Assembly (NCBI GenBank): GCA_040954595.2
Contig: CM082595.2
Location: 8,600,317-8,664,316 of the forward strand
Origin: Balanoglossus misakiensis
Lineage: Eukaryota; Animalia; Hemichordata
Reading direction: 5' to 3'
Length of the DNA: 64,000 bases
Position 1 is the stretch's first letter. Every line of letters begins with the position of its first letter. Below are positions 13,459 through 24,533 of the stretch, piece by piece. The notes below the pieces were generated by a model. That model saw nothing but the letters and a program-made list of their open reading frames with translations. It did not search any database and was not told the origin of the DNA. The position numbers and the translations under genes were made by a program.

Positions 13459-15765
13459 ATAATTTGGTAAAATTCTTTGAAAAATGGTGAAGATACTTGA
13501 GAATCTCAGTATTATTTGATGCGTTTGTACGCTGAAATCCGGTGAACCGATTTTGATAATTTTCTTTGTTATAACCTACTAAGATGTATAAACATTTTTA
13601 TCAGAAAAATAAACGGCAATCTTGGAGTAAATTTTTAACTGATCTTCCTTATATAATTTTAATGGTCCAGCTGTTACAGGGACCACCAGCTATTTTATTA
13701 TAAACTGGTGGTAGGTCAGTGAATGCCTCTGTCTGATTGGACTAATTAATTTGTCATACTCGCATGTATTTTTACAGACAGTTTTTGGACAAAAATCAGT
13801 TGTTGTTTTTTTAGTGTAAGATTGTTTTTTTAGTGTAAGATTGCTGTGACACATAACACTTTATTTGGCATAGTTAATTTTTTTATGTTTCCATAGTATT
13901 TAAATATTAATGCCATATATGCTTGCCAATGTCGCCCCTGAATTTAATTCTGGTGAATACCTAATTTCTGAGTAATCCCCAAAGGGCACCACAGTGTCCT
14001 TTACATTATTTTATAAGAAGTAAATTATACATAGATATGCATCTTGTTAAAAAGCCCAACAGTCATGATTTTGTTCACATGAGTACTACTGCTGCCAGGA
14101 CATAACCCAAATCTTTTGATAATTTTGGCAATGACCTTTGATCTACTATCCCATGCCTTGGCATGTACAGCAGATACAGCCTTCAAATTTGGTGTTCTTA
14201 TTGACTGTGCGGTTCAATGTTTGACAATAATATCATTAGTGGTCATGTGGCTTTGGATTTTTGAAAAATATCATAAAAAAAATTCAAAAAATCTATTTCT
14301 AATCAAGTTTTCAAGTAAATTGTGATTGGGTAAACCTTATTGGAGCCAAATTGGATTTTCTGATCTCCGATAAAAGACTAAAATTTCCTATTTCTAGTGT
14401 GCTCCTTGAAACCACACAAATTCTTTTTATGGATATGAGTCACCATAGGACCAGAATATATCAAAATTATTAGACTACTTTCAGATGTTCTTTGATCAAA
14501 TTTTTACAAAACTTGATTGAACAACTTGTTTGCGACTCTCGCATGTCCTTTGATCCAGTAATTCCAGAACTTATTTTATGTGGATATGCCTCTTGTTAAA
14601 AAGCACATCTGTCATGATTTTGTTCACATGAGTACTACTGCTGCCAGGACATAACCCAAATCTTTTAGATAATTTTGGCAATGACCTTTGATCTACTATC
14701 CCATGCCTTGGCATGTACAGCAGATACAGCCTTCAAATTTGGTGGACTGGAACACCTTATGAAGAATTAAACTTTAACACAATAATTATGTACATAAGCT
14801 ATTTCAAGTTAACCAATAGAGCTTAGAAGTCTGGTTTTTTGTTGGACACTGATCAGTTTGATATCAAAATTTGTTGGCCCAAATTTGCGTGACCTCTGGC
14901 TTACTTACAATTTCTCAGCATCAATAACAGATACAGCCTTTGCTTTCTGTTGGAACCATGCTAACCACTTTGGTCCCTCCAATGCTGCTTTTAGTTGTAA
15001 TTGTCTTGTTCATGGCGGCCATATTGGATTTTCGGTTAACCTTTAAAAGGTGACATTTTTTTCAAAAACTACAGGGCCAATCAAGTTCAAATTGGCTGTG
15101 CGGTTCAATGTTTGACAATAATATCGTTAGTGGTCATGTGGCTTTGGATTTTTGAAAAATAGAATAAAAAAATTTCAAAACATTTATTTCTAATCAAGTT
15201 TTCAAGTAAAATGTGATTGGGTAAACCTTATTGGAGCCAAATTGGATTTTCTGATCTCTGATAAAAGACTAAAATTTCCTATTTCTAGCGTGCTCATTGA
15301 AACCACACAAATTCTTTTTATGGATACGAGTCACCATAGGAACAGAATATATCATAATTATTAGACTACTTCCACATGTTCTTTGATCCAGTAATTCCAG
15401 AACTTATTTTATGTGGATATGCCTCTTGTTAAAAAGCACAACAGTCATGATTTTGTTCACATGAGTACTACTGCTGCCAGGACATAACCCAAATCTTTTG
15501 ATAATTTTGGCAATGACCTTTGATATACTATCCCATGCCTTGGCATGTACAGCAGATACAGCCTTCAAATTTGGTGGACTGCAACACCCAATAAAGTATT
15601 AAACTTTTACACAATAATTTTGTACATAATCTATTTCAAGTTAACCAATAGAGCTTAGAAATCTGGTTTTTTGTTTGACACTGATCAGTTTAAGATCAAA
15701 CATTTGTGTCACAATTTTGCGTGACCTCTGGCTTACTTTACCATTTCTTTGCATCCACAACAAAA

Positions 15766-15896
15766 TCAAATCAAATCAATCAAGCAAAAAAGTTTATATA
15801 GCGCCAAAATCCAAAAAGAAATTTTGCCCAATGACGCTCACGGTTAAACCACACTGTATGCTCTTTCGAACATATGAGTTTTCATATGATTTTTTT
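15766..15896 (-). mobile_element. 5'-truncated L2/CR1-clade LINE 3' end (131 bp) with 7-bp TSD
   Basis: The minus strand encodes KNHMKTHMF (like the L2 ORF2 terminal LKTHLF motif), followed by ...ggcgctatataaa and an (ATTTG)-type tail. It is flanked by aacaaaa at 15759-15765 and 15897-15903. The paralogous site at ~11101-11125 is empty. Confidence 0.8.
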
Positions 15897-18800
15897 AACA
15901 AAACATCCTTTGCTTTCTGTTGGAACCATGCTAACTGCTTGGGCCCATCCCATTTCTTCTTAATGGCGGCCATATTGGATATTATGATAACACTTAAAAA
16001 TTTACATCTTTTCAACAACTACAAGGCAAATCAAGTTCTAATTTACTGTGCGGTTTAATGTTTGACAATAATATCATTAGTGGTCATGTCACTTTGGTTG
16101 CCATATTGGATTTTTGAAAAATCTCATGAAAAATTTCACAAATCTTTTCCTAATCACGTTTTCAAGTGAATTGTGATTGGTTTATCCTAATTAAAGCCAA
16201 ATCGGATTTTCTAAACACACGATTTAAAAAAAATCCTATTTCTAGCCTACCCAAATTCTTTTAATAGATATGAGTCACCACATGACCAGATTATATTACA
16301 ATTTTTGGGCAATTTTCGAATGTCCTTTGATCCATTTTTTCCAGAACTTAATTGTGCGTGGATATGCTTCTTGTCAAAAAGCACACCAGTCATGATTTTG
16401 TTCACAGGAGTATTGCATCTATAACAGATGCAGCCTTTGCTTTCTGCTGCCAGGAAATAAACAAAATATTTAGAGGACTGAAACACCTAATGAAGTATTA
16501 AACTTTAACACAATAATTATGTACATAAGCAATTTCAAGTTAACCAATAGAGCTGAGAAGTCTGTTTTCTGTTGGACACAGCTCAGTTTGATATCGAAAT
16601 TTGTTGGCCCAAATTTGCGTGACCTCTCGCTTACTTACCATTTCTCAGCATCCATAACAGATACAGCCTTTGCTTTCTGTTCGAACCATGCTAACCGCTT
16701 TGGTCCCTCCAATGCTGCTTTTAGTATTAATTGTCTTCTTCATGGTGGCCATATTGGATTTTCGGATAACCTTTAAAACTTGACATTTTTTTTCAAAAAA
16801 TACAGGGCCAATCAAGTTCTAATTTACTGTGCGGTTCAATGTTTGACAATAATAGTATCAGTAGTGGTCATGTGGCTTTGGATGCATAATTGGATTTTTG
16901 AAAAATATCATAAAACAAATCAAAAATCTATTTCTAATCAAGTTTTCAAGTAAATTGTGATTGGTTAAAACTAATTGGACCCATATTGGATTTTCTGATC
17001 TCCGATTAAAAACTAAAATTTCCTATTTCTAGCCTACTCATTGAAAGCACACAAATATTTTTTATGGATATGAGTCACCATATGACAAGAATATATTTCA
17101 ATTTGCTGGTGACTCTCGCATCTCCTTTGATACAGTAATTCCAGAACTAAATTTTATGTGGATATGCCTCTTGTTAAAAGCACAACAGTCATGATTTTGT
17201 TCACATTAGTACTACTGCTGCCAGGACATAACACATATATTTTGATAATTTTGGCAATTACCTTTGATGTACTTCCCCATAACTTGGCATGCACAGCAGA
17301 TACATTCTTCAAATTTGGAGGACTTAAACACCTAATGAAGTTTAAACTTTAACACAATATTTATGTACATAAGCTTTTTCAAATTAACCAATAGAGTTAG
17401 AAGTCTGGCTTTTTGTTGGATACGGATCAGTGTGATATCAAATTTTGTTAGCACAATTTTGCATGACCTCTGACTTACTTAACCATTTCTCAGCATCCAT
17501 AACAGATACAGCCTTTGCTTTGTGTTGGAACCATGCTAACCACTTTGGCCCCTGCAATGCTGCATGTTGCTTTAATTGTCTCCTTCATGGTTGCCATATA
17601 GGATATTCTGATAATCTATAAAAGTTGACTTTCTTCAAAACTGCAGGGCGAATCAAGTTCTAATTTACTGTTCACAAAGTTTGACAATAATATCATTAGT
17701 GGTCATGTGACTTTGGATGCCTTATTGGATTTTTGAAAATCTCATTAAAAAATCTCATTTATTTTTCCTAATCATGTTCTCAAGTGAATTGTGATTGGTT
17801 TAACCTTATTGGAGCCAAATTGAATTTTCTAAAATCCGATTAACAAATACATTTTCCTATTTCTTGCCTACTAATTGATAGCACACAACTATTTTTTATG
17901 GATACGAGTCACCATATGACTAGAATACGTTACATTTTTTGGCAACTTTCACACATTCTCTAATCCATTTTTGTTCACTACTTAATTTTATGTGGATATG
18001 CCTCTTGTTAAAAAGCACAACAGTCATGATTTTGTTCACATGAGTACTACTGCTGCCAGGACATAACCCAAATCTTTTGATAACTTTGGCAATGACCTTT
18101 GATCTACTATCCCATGCCTTGGAATGTACAGCAGATACAGCCTTCAAATTTTTAGGACTGGAATACCTAATGAAGTATTAAACGTTAACACAATAATTAT
18201 GTACATAAGCAATTTCAAGTTAACCAATATAGCTTAGAAGTCTGGATTTTGTTGGACACTGATCAGTTTGATATCAAAATTTGTTGGCACAATTTTGCAT
18301 GACATCTGGCTTACTTTACCATTTCTCGGCATCTGCTACAGATACAGCCTTTGCTTTCTGTTGGAACCATGCTAACCACATTCGTCCCTCCAATGCTGCT
18401 TTTAGCTTTGTCTTCGTCATGGCAGCCATATTGGATTTTCTGATAACCTTTAAAAGTTGACTCTTTTCAAAAATTACAAGGCCAATAAAGTTCTAATTTA
18501 CTGTGCGGTTCCAATTTTTTCAATAATAATGTTAGTGGTCATGTGACTTTGGATTTATTATGGATTTTTGAAAAATCTCATTAAAAATGTCAAAAATCTT
18601 TTTCTACTTAAGTTTTCAAGTGAATTGTGATTGGTTCAACCTTATTGGATAAAACTTTTGTATGGATACGAGTCGCCATATGACCAGAATACATGTTTTT
18701 GATCCAGTTTTCTCAGAACTTGATTATACAAAATTTTGACAACTACACATGTCCTTTGATCCAGTGTTTTCTGAACTTAATTGTATGTGGATACGATTCT

Positions 18801-20570
18801 TGTTAAAAAGCACAACAGTCATGATTTTGTTTACATGAGTACTGCTGCTGCCGGAACATAACCTTATTTTTTGATAATTTTGGCAATGACCTTTGATCTA
18901 CGTTCCCATAACCTGGCATGCACAGCAGATGCATGTTTCAAATTTAGAGGACTGGAACACCTAATGAAGTACTTTACCATTTCTTGGCATCCACAACAGA
19001 TACAGCCTTTGCTTTCTTTTGAAACCATGCTAACCAGTTTAGCCCCTGCAATGCTGCTTGTAAGTTTAATTGTCTTCTTCATGACGGCCATATTGGATTT
19101 TCTGATAATTTCTACAAGTTGACATATTTTTTCAAAACTGCAGGGCAAATCAATTACTAATTGACTGTCCGGTTCAAAGTTTGACAATAATATCATTAGT
19201 GGTCATGTGACTTTTGATGCCTTATTGGATTTTTGAAAATCTCATTATAATTGTCATTTTTTTATCTAATCAAGTTTTCAAGTGAATTTTGATTGGTTAA
19301 ATCTCATTGGAGCCAAATTAGATTTTCTAAACTCCGATTAAGAACTAAATTTTCCTATTTTTAGCCTATGCATTGATTGCATACAAATTCCTTTAATGGA
19401 TACGAGTCACCATACGACTAGAATATGTTACAATTTTTTGGCAACTTTCACATGTCCTTTGATCCAACCTTTTTCAACACCTAATAATACAAATTTTTGG
19501 CAACTTTCATTTGTTCTTTGATCCAGATCTTTCAGAACTTAATTAAAGCTTATTGAAGCCAAATTGGATTTTATGAATTCTGATTAAAAACTAAAATTTC
19601 CTTTTTCTGGGCTACTCATTGATTGCACACCAATTCTTTTTATAGATACGAGTCTTCATATGACCAGAATACATTGCATTTTTTTGGCAACTTTCGCATG
19701 TATTTTGATCTAGTTTTTTTCAGAACTTAATTATTCGTGGATGTGCCTCTTGTTGAAAAGCACAACAGTGATGATTTTTGTCACATTACTGCTGCCAGGA
19801 CATATTTTGGCATTGAACTTCGTTCTACATTTGGCACCTGTATTCTTTTCTGAATATCTTATTGCGGCAAGACTAGTAGCACTAGAGGTTTGGTTTTTGA
19901 TGTATATGGACAAGTATGGGACTTAGGTATTTTTGTTACATTCGGAATCCACTGGACCAATGTTGACCTTATTAAATATGTGCATATCTAATGCTGAGCT
20001 TACCCATATTGTTACAGGTTGAATTTTTTATGAACATGCTCTACTTTTGGACTTAATTTTTTTGCTGAATTTCTTGACCAATGATAATCTTATAAATATG
20101 TGCTTACGTAATTGTAGACTAGACAATGAAGCTTTGAGTCTGGGTTTCCTTGAACATAGACCACTATGCAATCAAAATTTTTTCGGACATTTTTGATGGC
20201 TTTGGTTTTGGACATTTTTGATGGACCTATTTTTCCATGCTTTGGCATGCACAGCAGATAACGTCTTACAATTTTGAAGGCTGGAACACCTAATAACCAG
20301 GTTAACCAATAGAGCCAGAAGTCTTGTTTTTCATTTTACACTGATCATTTTGGAAGAAAAATTTGTTGACAATTTTGGGTGAGCTCTTGGTGACCTTTGA
20401 TCAACTTTCCTATAAACATAGCAGATATAGCATTGGCACTCTCTGGTATCCATAGGAACTGCTTAGACCTAGCCAATGTTGGTCGCACCTTATTTTTTTT
20501 TATTAATTGACCATATGTACCCCTTGACCCTCAGTTTGTTGGGTTGGGCTGGCTTGCCACATTAATGCTA

Positions 20571-21960
20571 TCATAAGGGGCACAAGCCAGGCGAGGTAGA
20601 TCTGGAAAACCGCAGCACCTACAGGGCTGAAACTTGGTAGGGTGATAGGGGCCAATGAGTAGACCTAGAGTGGCCGTGAATATTTAATTAGTCACGTGAC
20701 CTGGCGGCCATATTAGATTTTCCGAAAACCGTTAAATGACTCCTTCTCAAAAACTACTGGGCCAATCGAGTTCAAATTTTGTGTGCAGGTAGCCTACCTT
20801 CTGTCCATCATTTTACCCCATTGAAATCATGATGTCAAATATAAAGTTTTTTTGCTACAATTTCTTTTCTGAAAAACTACTTAAAACTTTTAAAATCTTC
20901 TTCTCCAGAAGCAGTGATCGCCGAGTTATGGGATTCGGGGTATGCAGTCACCTAACCTATGTCTTTCAAGTTTGCGAAGTGCACTGTGATTGGTCGATCA
21001 TTATGGCGGCCATATTGGATTTCCTGAAAACCATTGAAAAATGTAAATTCCGTTCTATAGCCAAAATGTTGACACCAAGGAAATTATTTTTGTGGATATA
21101 AGTCATCATATGACCGGAACTTGTCACAGTTTTGGGGGGCAATTTTCACATGACCTTTGACCCAGTTTTAAACCAACTAATTATATATGCATATTCCCCA
21201 TACCTCCTCTTTTAAAAGCACTACAGTCATGAATTTTGTGGACATGGGTACCAATGCTGTCAGGACATGACACAAATATTTTGGCAATGACCTTTGACCT
21301 ATTTCTGAAACATCATTTTTCTGCATATCTAAATCCAGGCTAACCAATAGGGCTCCAGGTCTGGTTTTTGTTGGACATGGCCCACTATGGGGTCAAACTT
21401 TTATGCCCAAATTTTGGGTGACCTTTGACCTACTTTCCCATATCTCAGCTTCCAGAGCAGTTACAGCCCTGGCTATTGGGGGATTGACCACCTAATAGAG
21501 TCTTACACAATACCTCATTAATTATGTGCATATCTTATTCCAAGCTAACCAACAGGGCTAGATGTTTGGTTTTTGTTGTATAAGGACATATGTGGTGTCA
21601 AAATTTTTGCTCAAATTTTGGTGACCTCAGGTGACCTTTGACCTTCTTCCCTATATCTCGGCATCCAGACAGGATAGAGCCTTGGCTTTAGGAGGGATTG
21701 AACACCTTTTGGGGTCTTTTATGTTACCTCATTAATTATGCACATATCTAATTCCAGGCTAACCAATAGGGCTAGAGGTTTGGTTTTTGTTGGTCATGGA
21801 CAAGTATGGTGTCAAAATGTTTCGCCCAAATTTGGGTGAACTCAGGTGACCTTTGACCTACTTTCCCATATCTTGGTATCCACAGCAGATACAGCTTTGG
21901 GATTCGCTGGTTACCATGGGAACCGTTTGTGCCCCACCAACGCTGCTTGCATCTTTAATT
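20571..21960 (+). mobile_element. Non-autonomous Helentron/DINE-like (HINE) element
   Basis: Subterminal inverted repeats ggggcacaa (20577-20585) and ttgtgcccc (21927-21935) are followed by a short hairpin gctgc-tt-gcatc and tttaatt. Internal ~210-bp core repeats start at ~21337, 21543 and 21757. It also has ggcggccatattggatt and tgacctttgacc motifs. Confidence 0.65.
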
Positions 21961-22083
21961 ATCATTGATTTCATGTATTTAATTCTTTCATTCTTTTTTC
22001 TTCTGTAGGTCCCACCGGTACTCTTCTTCTTCTCTCTCTCTTCCTTTCTTTCTTTCTTTTTTCTCTCTTCTCTTCTTTTTTTC

Positions 22084-22690
22084 CCTGTAGGCCCCAATGG
22101 TAACACCATAATCAACCTACTAACGTAAAATTTGATGGATGGGTGGAGCGGAGTGTCAACCATAGTCAACCTACTAATATAAACTTTGATGGATGGATGG
22201 AGCGGAGCGTCAACCATAGTCAACCTACTAATATTAAACTTTGATGGATGGATGGGAAGGAGCGTCAACCATAGTCAACCTACTAAATATAAACTTTGAT
22301 GGATGGATGGGGCGGAGCGTCAACCATAGTCAACCTGCTGAAATATAAACTTTGATGGATGGATGGTGCCATGGAGCGTCAACTTAAACGATGGAGAAGT
22401 GGAAGGATGGAGAAGAAGAGTTTTTTTTCTCTTTTTTCTCTTTTTTTCCTGTAGGGCTCACTGGTAACACCATAATCAACCTACTAACGTAAAATTTGAT
22501 GGATGGATGGATGGAGCGGAGTGTCAACCATAGTCAACCTACTAATATTAAACTTTGATGGATGGATGGAGCGGAGCGTCAACCATAGTCAACCTGCTGA
22601 AATATAAACTTTGGTGGATGGATGGTGCCGTGGAGCGTCAACTTAAAGGATGGAGATGTGGAAGGATGGAGAAGTGGAGTTTCAACATAA
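22084..22690 (+). repeat. ~50-57-bp minisatellite nested in a ~364-bp duplication
   Basis: The unit ccatagtcaacctactaatataaactttgatggatggatggagcggagcgtcaa occurs 5 times and then 3 times. Each block begins with cctgtagg...tggtaacaccataatcaacc (22084, 22448). Confidence 0.9.
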
Positions 22691-22829
22691 TAAACCTATT
22701 GACCGAAATTATGAGGTAGAGTTATATAGGAGTACAAAACGAAGTGATCGTAATATAAAACTTAATAGTCCAATAAATCAGGTTAATAATTGGTAGTGAT
22801 TACTTATGCTAAAATGAGGTTAACAGCAA

Positions 22830-23300
22830 TGGCTTTGTGCAGGGTATGATAATAGGTTCATAAATGTGTATGGTATAATAAAGGCGAACAAATATGAATG
22901 GTTTAATAAAAGGGTTACAAATGTGATGATGGCTTATGGTAAAATTTGAGTGTACACAGGTTATACAGGGGTAACAGTGGTTTTTTGGATGAAGGGAATG
23001 ATAATAGGGTAACAAATGTGACTGGTATAAAAGGTATAATAATGGGTTTATAATATGATGATGACTTGTGTACACAGGTTATAATGGGTATATGAATGAG
23101 AAGGGTATAATAAATGGTGATAACTGTGTCGGGTTTAATAAAGGTAACAATCATGGAAGGGTATAATAACGATTAATAATTGCGGTGATGGCTTATGGTG
23201 ATATTAAGTATACAAGGGTGTTAATATTGATGATGATGACAGAGGTATAATAATGATATAACATTAAATAAGTGTCCAGGGTCTAATAATCATGTTGGTT
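22830..23300. repeat. AT-rich degenerate simple repeat
   Basis: Recurrent gggtataataa / ggtttaataaa / gatggcttatggt / tgtacacaggttata motifs. Confidence 0.55.
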
Positions 23301-24491
23301 CATTAATTGGTTAATGTGTATGTTTTATGAATAACATGCTATTATTTCTCAGATAGATAATACTCATCAGCATCGTTATTCGGTGGAATTTCTCGCAACG
23401 GTACCCGTGATCGTATTCGCGCATGGACACATTGTACGCGACAGACAGGCAGAACATGTTAGGTTAGCTAAACCTCCCCACCCCATCCAAATTCCAAATT
23501 TAGCTTAGATCATGGGGTGAGAGGAGGAGAGGACAGTTTTTTTTTCCTCTTTTGTAACTGGTCTGAGGTTTTTAACTGCCCTTTAGGCGCGTAAATTAGA
23601 TATGTAATCATACAAGTAGTTATCTTGCTTTATTTGAAAACAATTATGATAGAGCTCTGCGAGATTATGTACACGATAGTGTGTTATATAATGCTAAGGT
23701 AAAAGTAAACTTAACCCACTAACCCATCACTCTATTGTGTGCATAATTTGCAGATGCTATTTTGACTGGCCCATTGTCACAGTTCAACCACATGACACCT
23801 TGTTTCAAAAAGAGCAGAAACTATTGGTGTTAATTTCTTTCAGGTTAACTACATGACACATTGTTTCAAATTGGCCTGCAAGATTTACTACTTGAACCTC
23901 CACCCCCCTCCAGCCCCCCCCCCCCCAAAAAAAAAAAACAAAATAAAAATAAAAAATTAGGGATTAATCAATCGCTATATTATGAACATTCACATGAAAA
24001 TTATGCAACCAAATTAGAGGTATTCTGGAGGCGTCTTCTGATGTCAGGTGGTTCAAATCCACCAATACCTAAGCTGGAAACATAACTTTTCATTGGTGTT
24101 CATATATGGCAAATAAAACATGCATATTCATATTCTCAAATTTCAGAAATGAACAAATTGAAGTAGATTCTTTTCGATATGCCTTTATAAACCAACTTTA
24201 ATCCTATTTTACCCACTTTACTCAAAATGTTGTGTTTAAATTGCCCACAAGTAAGTCTTTTCTTATCTGCATATATTCATAATGTTTTCCGCAAAGTGTA
24301 CAACTGCATGTCTTGTGATCAGTTTTGTGACATCTAAGAAGAACGGGAACTGGTCAGAGAACTGGGATATGGGAGCTGACAAACTGAGTTGTTGGAAATT
24401 CAAAGAGACTAATTTGCACTTTTCCACATTTTCTTGAAATCTAACTAGGAGCTAAACAAGGCACCATACAGAAAGGTCATTCTGTCACATA

Positions 24492-24533
24492 GTCATAGTC
24501 CAGTGGTTAGAGGATCATGGGTTCGAACCCTGT
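24492..24533 (+). other. tRNA/SINE-head-like remnant (Pol III A and B boxes, anticodon arm missing)
   Basis: A-box-like tagtccagtgg(ttag) at 24496-24510 and B-box ggttcgaaccc at 24520-24530. Confidence 0.4.

Larger units (their letters stand above)
9536..19800 (+). repeat. Head-to-tail array of degenerate ~0.6-0.95-kb Helentron/HINE-like units, interrupted at ~12.1-14.0 kb
   Basis: The recurring unit runs from catggcggccatattggatttt through gtcatgattttgttcacatgagtactactgctgccaggacataacc to ttggaaccatgctaaccactttggcccctgcaatgctgc...tttaatt. Unit ends fall near 9595, 10533, 11165, 12067, 15002, 15955, 16732, 17597, 18408 and 19071. The unit ends resemble the 3' end of the 20571-21960 element. 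Confidence 0.8.

Noticed and set aside
13960-13996. cacagtg as a Transib/RSS-like terminus
   Set aside because: No matching inverted end or TSD was found.
9536-21101. Many 60-130 aa ORFs in the Helentron-like array
   Set aside because: Frames are not conserved between repeat units and there are no Rep/helicase motifs.
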